From: Microthyrium microscopicum
Lineage: Eukaryota
Assembly (NCBI GenBank): GCA_010405405.1
Contig: MU004231.1
Location: 3,342,401-3,406,400, forward strand
Reading direction: 5' to 3'
DNA length: 64,000 nucleotides
Below, piece by piece: positions 24,511 through 35,934 of the stretch (its first letter is position 1; the number at the start of each line of letters is the position of its first letter). A program made the translations under genes and the position numbers. The notes below the pieces were generated by a model, which was not told where the DNA came from, ran no database searches, and saw nothing but the letters and a program-made list of their open reading frames with translations.

Positions 24511-25839
24511 ATGGCACCACTTATTCAATCATGGAGCTCTCTGTTCTCCCGCTCAGCTATGCCAAACGCTCAGTCTCTCTCCTCCATCACCGCCTTCGTA
24601 AAACGCTCCGCCTTATCTCCTCTTGCTCATGAGCTCTCTCGCAGAGCGGACACCTCCGTCAACTACAACCCTGGCCAAGGAGCCAAAGACCCAAACTCGT
24701 TCAACAAAATACTCTTCATAGTACTGTTTGCATGTATTGGTTCGGGAATGGTTCTTACCAGCATCTACTTCTTCTTCGTTGCTCGCAATGGTGGCTTTGT
24801 CTGGAAAGAAAACGACTGGGACGACTACAAATCCACCGTTCTCCGTCGTAAAGGTCCAGATGGCAAGACTCTCAGTAACGCCACCAAGAGCACAAAACTG
24901 GGTGGTGGCAGTGTTGTTCCGAAATGGGATGATGACCGCTATACAGATGTCTCTGGTAGTACCTTGAGCGTCGACCCAGAAATGGGACAGGTCAAGAACA
25001 ACCGACAATCCCGACAACACTATCGCAACAACCAACAGGATCCTGTCTTCAAGGATTATGTCGACGAAAAGCCAGCCGGTGTTGGAGGACTGAACAAGCC
25101 GCACGAAGGATCTCACTACGCTCCGACCAGCACTGCACGCTCAGAAGCCACTGCACCACTTAGTAAGAAGGAAAAGAAAGAGCTTGACCGTCGCGAGAAA
25201 GATGCCCGTAAGAAGGCCGCCAAAGACCAAAAGGAGAAAGAGAAAGAGCAGAAAAAGAAGCAGAACGACAAACGCGACCGTTCATCTGCCCAACCTCAAC
25301 CACCAAAACCTGCAGCCCAAGCAGCAGCACCAGCTCCTCGTGCCCCTGCAAGCACTACCTCCTTCGCCGACTACGCCTACTCCGACAACAACTCGTACGT
25401 CGCACCAAACAGTGCCGCCTACGGTGTCCCACAACCAAGCCCATCGTCTGCCGGCGGCCATAGCTATTACAAGGACTATCGTCCTCAATCAACTCTCCGC
25501 GTCGTCCCAGAGGATCGTCTCAGCCAGCGTAGCAGCCCGTCAGGTGCTAATCGACACACTGCCACTGGTGGCAACGCGCGACGCGAAGGTAGTCCCCGCA
25601 AGCAACATCGCGATGCGCCCAGCGACCATGGAACTTCTTCATACAACGGCAGTGACGTGGGAACCAAAGTCTACCCATGCCACATCCCTGGTGTTAGCCG
25701 TGGTGAGCCAGCGCCTGCACCACCGTCTACGATCTTCCAAGGTGGCCGCGATGAAGTGCGTCCAGATGAGAGTGCCAGTCAGATTGGTGCGCAGCAGGCG
25801 CCTCGACGTGGATTCCGTCGTGGACGTGGAGGTATTTAA
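24511..25839 (+). CDS. Conserved fungal single-pass membrane protein, 442 aa
   Basis: One TM segment (ILFIVLFACIGSGMVLTSIYFFFV), then RNGGFVWKENDWDDYKSTVLRRKGPDGKTLS, a disordered tail with GTKVYPCHIPG, and an RGG end. Confidence 0.8.
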   Translation: MAPLIQSWSSLFSRSAMPNAQSLSSITAFVKRSALSPLAHELSRRADTSVNYNPGQGAKDPNSFNKILFIVLFACIGSGMVLTSIYFFFVARNGGFVWKENDWDDYKSTVLRRKGPDGKTLSNATKSTKLGGGSVVPKWDDDRYTDVSGSTLSVDPEMGQVKNNRQSRQHYRNNQQDPVFKDYVDEKPAGVGGLNKPHEGSHYAPTSTARSEATAPLSKKEKKELDRREKDARKKAAKDQKEKEKEQKKKQNDKRDRSSAQPQPPKPAAQAAAPAPRAPASTTSFADYAYSDNNSYVAPNSAAYGVPQPSPSSAGGHSYYKDYRPQSTLRVVPEDRLSQRSSPSGANRHTATGGNARREGSPRKQHRDAPSDHGTSSYNGSDVGTKVYPCHIPGVSRGEPAPAPPSTIFQGGRDEVRPDESASQIGAQQAPRRGFRRGRGGI

Positions 25840-26839
25840 AGATGGTGCATGCACATGGCAGATACTCGGGGTATTATAGGGGCTTCCAGATTGTATAATC
25901 AGTAGGCTGACTTGTGTCAGTCGTTTTATTGTGGAACTGTCATGTTTGAACGGCGTCATGAATGCATTGCAGCGCTGGATGGGTACAGATTGTATGGGCC
26001 TTTCTTGGGCTTGGGAACCGAGATCAAATGTCGTACGATCATTTAGATAGGAAAAAATACATATCCATACCAACAAGGAACAAAATAAACTTCGTCATTA
26101 TTTAGTCGTACCCCAATATGAGCTACAGGACCTTGAGTCAAGTCGGAAACAAGCACATCCGAACCCGAAGAAAGCCTGTAGAAACTATATCTTTAGCTTT
26201 ACGAGGATAATCAGAGACTGAAGACCCAGTAAAGTATGTATTGGCCAATTATGAGCCAGACTGGCTGTAGATTGATGAGGGGAACACTGATTTGTTGTAG
26301 GCTTTCCCGTGGTTGGATCGTCTATAGGGTTGTATAACACTGGTACTTATTGTCACTACCTCTTTCAAGAGCTCGGTCTCGTAAAACCATGCATTGGAAG
26401 TTCTAAATCATCAGTCCGCATAACGAACTTGTAGAGCAAAATGCAAGCCTGATGTTGTTCGAAGATAGTCATGTATGTGGTTACTATTACTATGTGCAAC
26501 TCGTTCTTTGGCTGCTTTCAAGACCAAATCAAACTTGCAAGCTTAGAACAGTTTTCGGACTCAAGCAAGAAGTTTAAATTGACTTATTTGACAAACGGTA
26601 CATTTCGAGCCCCAACTTTATATCATAGACTGTCAACATAGCTTGATAGATTGACTATAACACTGCGTTCCACAGCTGAGGTTTATGCTATTGGGCGATG
26701 CTAAATTCCCTGGGTCAAGCCGACCATAATAGATATATAAGTCTTGCTTCGCTGGATGATTTAAATATGCTTCATGTTACTTCTCATGTTTGACAAGAAA
26801 CTACCTAACCTACTACCAATTGTCTGAAAAGTTGCAGTC

Positions 26840-27826
26840 ATGTCTGGGTCAGGATACACCATCTCCGAGCACCGTCCAGATGCATCTGAGACCCCTCGTC
26901 TTGCAAATCCAGATGCATTCAAAGGCCAAACCGTCATAGTCACCGGCGGTACTGGCAAGATTGGTCTTCAGATATGTCGCAGTCTTGCAGCATCCGGCGC
27001 CAACGTTGTGGTCAGCGACATCCGCGCCGACCCAGTTCATCTCCTCGTCAAGGAGCTCACAGCAGAAGGATACTCCGCACTGGCAGTCCCACTATCTGCG
27101 GTGGAAGGTAAAAAGATCGTTGAACAAACACTCCAGAAATATGGCAGTCTTCATGCCATCGTTCAACCAATCATCGCGCCCTTCCAGTTTATTCCTTTTG
27201 AGAAGATGCCCGCCGAGGAATTCCGCAACACGTTCGAGAGCGATGTGATGGGCCCTATTGCTGTGATGCAAGCTGCGTGGCCGCACTTTCAGAAGCAAAA
27301 GTACGGTCGCATTGTGAACTTTACATCCGGTGCGATCTTTGGAATGGAGCTGGCTAGCACATATCCCACTACCAAAGGCGCCCTACTCGGACTCAACAAG
27401 ACTCTTGCTGAAGAAGGAGCACCATACAACATCACTGTCAACTGTATCTCGCCGGTTGGGCTGTATATGGAGAAACAGGCCAAAGGAGTCCAGGATATGC
27501 TGGCGAAAGCTAATGGACCATTCTTAAAGGCATCTGTTCCAGTTGCCAATGTGCCGATGGTTTTGGCGCTGGCTCACAAGAACAATAAGGCTTCGGGAGA
27601 GATATTTTACACTGCAGCCTATGGTGTCTTTCGGCACTCTATGGGGATGACTACTGGACTGACCGACTGCACGACTGTGGAGAAATGTCTGGAGAAGGTT
27701 CCTGGTATTATGGATAGGGGATTTAGACAGATTATGGAGCCTTTCAGTGCGCATGCTCTGGGAGAGTATCAAGCAGCATATTTTCTGGGGACGGAAAAGG
27801 ATTTTAAGGCCCCCTCTCACCTGTAA
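26840..27826 (+). CDS. Short-chain dehydrogenase/reductase (Fox2 dehydrogenase-domain-like) with PTS1 -SHL
   Basis: TGGTGKIG, AWPHFQKQKYGRIVNFTS, catalytic YPTTK, LAEEGAPYNITVNCISP, C-terminal SHL. Confidence 0.85.
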   Translation: MSGSGYTISEHRPDASETPRLANPDAFKGQTVIVTGGTGKIGLQICRSLAASGANVVVSDIRADPVHLLVKELTAEGYSALAVPLSAVEGKKIVEQTLQKYGSLHAIVQPIIAPFQFIPFEKMPAEEFRNTFESDVMGPIAVMQAAWPHFQKQKYGRIVNFTSGAIFGMELASTYPTTKGALLGLNKTLAEEGAPYNITVNCISPVGLYMEKQAKGVQDMLAKANGPFLKASVPVANVPMVLALAHKNNKASGEIFYTAAYGVFRHSMGMTTGLTDCTTVEKCLEKVPGIMDRGFRQIMEPFSAHALGEYQAAYFLGTEKDFKAPSHL

Positions 27827-28454
27827 ATAAGTTTCAGATGGCAGGTTGACTGGATAAATGAGCGAGAGCGTTACAAAGGATATTAACGCTCCTCAAATAA
27901 CCGAGTTCTCCCTGTGGCTCTCTCACGAAATATATGTATTTTTCGACTTTAACTACAGCGCATCGTGCGCGGGTAGGACTATCGTGCGCTGTTCAAGTGT
28001 TGTAACTTGTATCTCAAAAGCTCTATACATGTAGGAATTAGTTAGTACACCAACAGAATTGCGTCTAATTAGTAGTCCTAAAAGCCATATTAGACTAGTA
28101 ACCCTCTATAATAACGATATAAGCTATTTCTGTCTCATGCTTAGAACACAATTCTGGGACTGAGGCTAGGTAAGTATGTTATTTCTATTTTAACTCTTAT
28201 AATCCTGAAAGTGGACCCCTTCAGTTCGAGGTAGTCGCGCTATCAGACATGCTTACTTTTCCTAGTGGCCATTCCTCCACTCTTTTTGCGCAGGTAGCAT
28301 CGTATCCTCCTTAATACCCACAATGGCGGAAAGAAAGCCTTAGCACCACAGAAATGTCATCTGTTGATGGAATTTTTGAGTGGTTTCTCCCTTTACCATC
28401 AAGAGCTGCCGACAGGTCCATAGATTCCATGTGGTAACACCGTTAATAACCAGC

Positions 28455-28729
28455 CTAGATTTCGATGTCGTCGAATGCGCTTTCGACGGCCTCTTCAACT
28501 TCCTCCTCCGTAGCACCTTCTTTGACCAGAACATCAGCCATAACTGCATGCGTAGAGCTGCCGTTCTTTTTCATCCAATTCGAGATGCTAGTCGGGATCT
28601 TTCCAGCATTGGCTGCACCCGAAACTTGTGATAGGAAACGTCCCCCTGAGTGACGGTGCCGTCGTAGTCGAGTCTAATACCAAACTTCTCCAGTCGGCCT
28701 GTTGTTGATACGTCTAGGTAGCAAGGCAT
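28455..28729 (-). pseudogene. Frameshifted small (~90 aa) hypothetical gene
   Basis: MPCYLDVSTTGRLEKFGIRLDYDGTVTQGDVSYHKFRVQP continues in another frame as NAGKIPTSISNWMKKNGSSTHAVMADVLVKEGATEEEVEEAVESAFDDIEI-stop if one base is added at ~28611. Confidence 0.5.
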
Positions 28730-29042
28730 TGATAGCCACAAAATAACGTCTGCAGGTTCCCAAAGCATTGCCCGCTACAAGATCTCGACATTGTGTGTAA
28801 AGTCCCGACTAATATACTGGAACGGGTTTCAATACCGTCGAGTTGCATTGACGTTGAGCGCCAAGCGCCAAGCGCCAAATGCTTTGTGTTTATTGGCTGG
28901 AACGGCGCCGCCCGCATGGGTGCCTGCATGTGGCGCGCGTTTCGAGCGACCGAGCCGCCTTAACTCCTAATAATATTTTGAAAGTTAGAACTCAACTCCT
29001 GGAGACTCTCATCCATGATCGGGAATGACAACCTGAGTTGTG

Positions 29043-30855
29043 ATGCGCACGTGTACTCTACTCTCGCGACTGCTGCATAAGAGCCTGAGTGAGAGGGCTA
29101 CCCCATTCCGACTTCGTGCCTATCTTCCACATAGACACTCCACACATGACGCGAAGGCGAGAGCTGTGATGGATGATAGAAGTGACTTCTATCAGTATAC
29201 AAGTGGGCGATGGCTGCGGGTACCTGTCTTGTTATTAGAAAGTACATTACTGACCCTCGAGCAGTTACAATGAAACGCTGCGCCAAAAGGAGAGATTCCT
29301 CGCATTCAATGTTCTTGGCCTACAGGATATTGCGGCCAAGGCCATTGGGAAATCAGCTAGTGACGTTGTCAGCTTCCGAAAATTAGCTGAAGGTGGGTTC
29401 AACCGGATCTTTGTCATCGGTATGAATGATGGGCGCGAAGTTATAGCACGGCTGCCGTGTTCAATCGCCTTACCAAGTCGACTCACAGTCGCAAGCGAGG
29501 CCGCAACTATTATGTTTTTGCGATCCCATGGTGTGCCTGTACCAGAAGTGCTAGACTACTCCACGACCACAGAAAATGCGGCTGGCGTTGAGTATATCAT
29601 CATGGAAAAAGCTGCCGGAGAAGAGCTAGGCGACCGCTGGTTCTCTCTTCCAGATCTTGACCGTGCCAAACTCGTCGGTCGGCTCTCGCAGATCGAGAGC
29701 CTGTTATTTTCTATCCCACTTCCGGCTTCAGGTAGTATATTCTACAAGAAAGATTTGGACAGCGCCATTCCGTCGCTCCAGATTTCGAATACAGAGTTTT
29801 ACGTCGGCCCGTCCGTGGAGCAGCGTTGGTGGCACGATCAAAGAGGTGAACTAAATGTTAGTCGAGGTCCCTGTAAGTTATTTCTACGATTGTAACCGCC
29901 TAGCTCATCGAATGCAGTTCGAACCGCTGAGGACTTCCTCACAGCTGGAGCAGAAAAGGAATTGGCTTGGTTAAGAAAGTTTGGAGAGCCTTCCTTCCCA
30001 CCCCGAGAGTACAGAGAATTCACCAATTATCAGCAGTCCGATCCAGCAGAGCAAATCGGGTCCCTTCAGCAATTTTTGCAAATTGCGCGGCATCTCATTC
30101 CTACTAACCCAGAACAGCAATATCTGCTTAAACCCACCCTTCGCCACCCTGACCTGAATCCGCGAAACATTTTCGTAGGCGCAGATCTCAAGATTTCTAG
30201 TCTTATTGACTGGCAGCATTGCTCTGCTGTCCCTCTTTTTCTCCAAGCCGGCGTGCCTAATACTTTCGCTAACTTTGGAGATGAGGACTCTGTACAACTT
30301 AAAAAGCCCGTTTTGGCACAAAATCTCTCAAATATGTCCGCACAAGACCAAGCCCAGGCAATCGAGCTATACCGTCGACAACATCTACATTTCTACTATT
30401 TTGGAGGAGCGTCCAAATTCAATAATGTCCACTACAAAGCCCTGCGGCTCCCGTCAACTGCGCTCAAGCAACGTCTTTGTTTCAATGCTAGCTCGCCATG
30501 GCAAGGAAATCCCATTCCATTAAAAGCAGCTCTAATCCTGGCAACACAAAACTGGGATACGCTGACAGCAGAGTCCACCGAGACAGCTTCAAATTGCCCG
30601 ATTTCTTTCACCGACGAGGAAGCAGCGAGAATTTTGCGGATCAATGCAGCTCAAGATGACGTTGATGAAAAGATTAGTCTGCTCAGGGATGGTATTGGAA
30701 GCGGGGAAGATGGATGGGTACCCATTGAAAATTATGACCGTGCCGTTGCAGAGAATCAAAGACTCAAAGAGGAGCTTCTGAAAGATGTTTCAAACGAGGA
30801 GAGGCGGTTAAGTCTTCAGCATTGGCCATTTGACGAGCATATTTTAGACTGTTGA
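29043..30855 (+). CDS. Second Aim9-like / APH-family phosphotransferase; 3 exons
   Basis: Presequence-like MRTCTLLSRLLHKS. Motifs FYQYTSGRWL|YNE, KLAEGGFNRIF, ASEAATIMFL, GVEYIIME, LRHPDLNPRNIFV, LIDWQH, HWPFDE. Introns 29216-29264 (GC-AG) and 29873-29917. Confidence 0.87.
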
Positions 30856-31106
30856 TGATCCGAACAATTCGTAACTACCTAGGAGCAACAAGCCATTGGT
30901 ATCATCCTCGGTTCGGTCGATTCTACACAAGCTTCACTATACATTTTGCCTAAGATCATTGGGAACCAAGTATGAGGGGCAACGACATAAAGAAACAATA
31001 CACGTACCGCAAGGTGCTGGTATATCTCTTGAGCAATGATGGCTCAGCCGCAAGGATCATGAATTATCTCATACTCCGGAGTAAGTCTTCCTACTTGTTT
31101 GACTCT

Positions 31107-33371
31107 CTACATACTCTGTGCCCCCACCAGCTTGTTCGGAAGCAAGCTTATCCAAATAACACAGCCCAGCGTAACGCCCCCAGCGAGATACAGAACTGCA
31201 TTGATATCGCCGCCCTCGCTCCTTGCGTACAAATGTTGTGCTATCAGCGGACTTACAATCCCAAAGAGTCGTCCCCAAAAGCTTGCTATGCCACATGCTG
31301 TGCCTCGAATAGGCGCAGGGAACACCTCCGGTGTCCACCCGTACAGCACAGCATTGAACATACTTTGGAAGAAGTACTCCATCAAATTGAGACCAACGTT
31401 GGCCGCTTGAGTGTTCACAGTACTGAAAATGAAAATCGAAGCACCCATAAGACCCGAGGAAAGTACTGAAACTTGTTAGTCGCGCGGTATGGTCCAGTAA
31501 TGGAACAGACTGACCCATTGTCCATTTTCGGCCAATCGCTGGGACATTGTACATGAAAGCTCCGATGAGAACGCCAACGATACCAGGGAGATAGATGTAT
31601 ATGTAGTTGCGATAGGTTTGCCGGAGACTGACATCGATTTGACCGCCTTTCTTCGCAAGAATGGTGGGAAGATAAGTGCCTAGAAGAATGAGTGAGCGAA
31701 GTACTGGCTATGATGAAAGCAGCACTAACCAGCAACAGTGAACCCCCAAAAGTCACAGATGTATGTGAGCCAAATCAAAATTGTGAGTCGACTGACTTGC
31801 CAATTGGAGAACAAAAGCTTGTACCTCTCAAGCTCAAATAAGCCCTTCTGTCTCCATGTCCGTTTAAGTGCCGATCCCAGTAAAGCTTTCCCGCTCGAAG
31901 CGCTCATGATACTCTCATGCTCTTGCGTTAAGCGTTCAAACTGCTCTAGTGTAATATTATTTTGGACTCCATTGAACTTGGCAACGTAGTCGAGTACTTT
32001 AATCGCTTTATCATCTTGTCCTCGAAAGACCAGGAACTTTGGTGACTCTTGGAATCGAAAGACGATGAACCGCATGAAGAATACAAAGAGTGTGATGCCC
32101 CCAATTGTGAAAAGAAGATAACGATATCCCATATTTTGAGCCTTTGAGCAGCATGGCGTGCCGGCTGCAACGTTTCGACATGACGGCAGAGGGTTAGATG
32201 TAGTAAAATCGGGCTTGCAAGAATGTTGAGGGATAAAGCCATAAGCAATGACGCTAGTTATGACAACTCCAATTGGCTGGAAGATTGAAAGTAAAGCGAG
32301 CAGAAAGCGCCGGTTCTATATCTGTCAGTTGTGGAGCATGATCATGAAGTCGGTAACCGTACTAGGAAGTGTCAGTCATGAAAATGTGTAGAAAGCTTCA
32401 AAGCCTTACCTTGCGGAATGAATTCCAAGCAAATAGTGGTGTCGATCGGAATGTTTCCCCCTACACCAAAGCCCACAAATGCTGTTAAAACAAGGAAAGA
32501 AGTGTAGCTGTCAGGCACACCCAGACACAAGCCGAATATAGACGAGAAGAATGCAGTCAGATTGAAAGCCCACCATCGGCCTGAACGGGAAATATTAGCC
32601 TTCTCCAAGATCATAGCCATACCATTGATCAGGAACTAACCGATAATATCAACCAGAAACCCCCAGACAAAGGCGCCAGCAGTAAGACCAGATGAGAATG
32701 CAACACTTATATCACCCGATTGAGCATCTTCGAGTTCGTCAGTATTTGCACATAATGTACCTCACAGTCGAAAAGCGTACTGCTAAACCCGAATTCTTGT
32801 TGGATAGGACTAAGGACTAATCCAAAAGCTTGTGCCCAGAGCAAGTCAAGAAGATATCCGAAACCGCAAAGTCCCCATATCCACCATTGATACTTTCCCA
32901 TACCATGTGCATCAATCTCGCGATTGATAAGGACACACTTTTTCTCATATAGAGTCAAGCCATGTAGCTGTAAGATATCAGCAAAGCAGTCTCATTTCGG
33001 CTCTGTTACTAGCATCGTGATACGTGATAGCTTCAGCAGCATGTTGTGCTATAGTAGCTCATAAGGAAAGCGATAGATAAGATTCGAATCAGGTACCATG
33101 ATGTTGTGCATATGAATGGTAAAGAACTGATGAACTGAAAGTGGAGACATACCCCAGAATCCTGCCCATCAAGTGGAGATGATACCCGTTCCTCATCGTC
33201 AAATACTGAATTTTGACCATCGACTTTGGACAATTTGTCCATTCTCAACAACCTTAGAGTCTCGTTATCGTGCTCTTCCTCGTCACTAGATGATCTTGGC
33301 GATAGATTGGGGGTGGTATCGGAGGCAAGCTGTAGAGACTGGGAAGAGTGAATCTGATCAGATGCTTCCAT
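31107..33371 (-). CDS. MFS transporter (SV2/sugar-transporter-like), multi-exon
   Basis: GMGKYQWWIWGLCGFGYLLDLLWAQ, GFLVDIIGRWWAF, GVGGNIPID, FQESPKFL, YGWTPEVFPAPIRGTACG. Several short introns; exact start uncertain. Confidence 0.88.
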
Positions 33372-35934
33372 TAATGATTGGGAGTGAACGACAGGCTTCT
33401 CGTGACTAGCACCATCAAATATTCAATACATAGTTGTTGGCAATATGAAAGTGAAGTTGCATGGTGGAGCTAAAGTCATGACGACATGAAACCCTTCAAC
33501 GAGGCTAGTCTGCGTGAGATATCTTGACATCATCACTTCATAAAAGAGTAGATTCTGATAAGGTACAAAGTATGTTCATTAGTATATACTCATGAGAGGT
33601 TATCTGTCGATATGGCGCGAGAAATCGTTCGCAATTCTCAAATGGTGTTGTTGACGTTGCAAGTGCCACTCGTATGCAGGTGTGTAAAGCTTCAGATCAA
33701 CACTGCTATTTGAGCCTCACAATCACTTACGAAATATACTTGAACGTATAGAGATTATGGCATACATTATATGCTTTGATTTTCTAGTCATTAGAGCTTG
33801 AATCTCAATGTATACTGTGGTAACTGTTAATGTTGTGTCTTGAGATTCTTGCATCCTTACATACTATCGAGGTACATACTTCTTGTTCGAGTCTGTTGTT
33901 TTTCATCGTGAATCAATACAGATCTGGCTTTCCTCAGAACCAATAATATGCTGATCAATTTTATACTAGGACCACTACTACTACTAAAATATTCGCAAGC
34001 ATAGGAGACATAAATCTCTAACCCCTTGCTTCAGAACCACATCCAGCCTTACAATCCCTCCTCCCCATCCGGGATCGACCCAGCGCCTCACCCATCCCCA
34101 GTCCACCATTTGATAAGCCCATTGTGTCCCCAGCACCGAATCCAAAGCCTCGGCAAAAACCCCACATGCACAAAGGGGGGCTTCAGAACTCAAGGCTGCG
34201 GAGGTGCTATAGAAAAAATAGCCCTTGCTGCATGCACGAGTTTACGGACAGATTGGTGGGGCTGGAAGGCATGCAAGAGAGGGTAAGGCATGCAGAGAGA
34301 GGGTGAGCGTATGCATGAGATGGAGATGCGGTGAGTAAAGGGACGGGATGAACCACGGGGATAGAGGACGGTCAACGTGGATCTGGTTGGGATGATGGTC
34401 AATGGGGATGGGTTTGCGATGGGTTTCGTAGGGATGGAGGGAAGTTTGTGGGTGTTGGTGGTGCCGTTTGCGGATGAGAGGATCAATTGGTAGGGGTATA
34501 GGACGAATGAAGCAAGGTAAGGCAGATTCATGGATGCGGAGGGGACTAGAGCGGGAGGGGAAGGTGAGTTGTGAGTGAGATCTTGATACGGAGATGGACA
34601 TAGTGATATGAGTGTTGTTTTTGGGATGTTTGCTAGAATGATGTTCGTAATATGAATGAGTTACGATAGCGTAGAATGGGTGAAGTCGTAGAATTTAGCA
34701 GTTGCAAAGCACCTTGCTTTGCAATGTTAAGTAAAGGCGCATTGGCAGATATCACAGAAGAATATGAGACGAGAGATTAAGAGTGAGAACGCAGACGTCA
34801 AGTCTAGAATATCATTCCTATAATGCCAATTCGTCGATACATCCAGCAGCTCTCATCATCATCAGCCATCACCGGCTTGCTCTTGTCCTTCGGCAAGCAT
34901 CAGTATTATCGTCATCGTCATCCAGATCGTACACCTTCATCGATTATTATGAGACAACCATTCATATCGAGCCAGCAGCAGCAAAACGCTCCGAGATAGT
35001 AATCTCTTTCGAAAAAAAGCCCAATGCAAATTGACCGAAACAGCGGAACCCAAAATCCCTTGCGAATGTTCCTTGCGAGTTGACTCAGTAAGATGTTTTG
35101 CCCGCCAGGTGAACTTTTGATGTATTTTGGTGAGCACGCTCTACAAAGTGGCAGTGCGAGGCGCAAACAAGTAGATCCGCCCAGAAACAAAGATAGAAGA
35201 AGACCAGCTACAGTTGCCTGCTCGAGTGTCCATCTCGTGAAGAATCAGACATGTAGATCGCTCATTTTCCGGCCCAGATTAGCGATTCGCATCAGTATAG
35301 TCTGGTGGTTGTGTTCAACGAGAATCCCTTGCGCCAAATCGTGAGATCAATCTAGGTCTGATAAAGAGGTTCGCTGAATGAAATAACAAGACTTCCAGAA
35401 AGAGAACTTTGATGTGCCGCGAGAAAGAAAATGAAGCGATACAGAATTTGAATCCATCTTGGAAACAAACAAAAAGAAGTTTGAGTTGCAAGAGACAGAC
35501 AAGACATGCTCAATGCGCTTCGTATAGAATTCTTGGACTCTCAAGAACAATCGCTCACAAAGACAACAGTCGGTTCGACAGCGACAACGATGGCAAAAAA
35601 TGACCATTGGGGGTATCGAAAGGATGCCAGAGCCAACAACAGTAAGAGGAAACTCAGGAACAAAGGGGTATACGACAATGCTACATTTTTGGAACTATGA
35701 GATAAATAAATGCTGCGATAAATTATACATGATGTGATAGATCTCGGTTGCGCAAGATGGAAGAAGCGTAACTACCAAGTCCTCAAAGCAAAGTGTGATA
35801 GGACAGGAGGCTCAAAGCGCTCGAAAAATAACAGGAGATAAAAATGGGGTATAATTGCGAAAAAGATAAAACAAAAACATGCCAGTTTTAAAATCCGTCG
35901 AAATGAAAATGAATTCTTTTGTGACCTAGTAGAC

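Noticed and set aside
12325..27826. EthD, BVMO, GST and SDR as a secondary-metabolite cluster
   Set aside because: There is no PKS, NRPS or terpene backbone gene and no cluster regulator in the window, and the genes are interspersed with unrelated ones.
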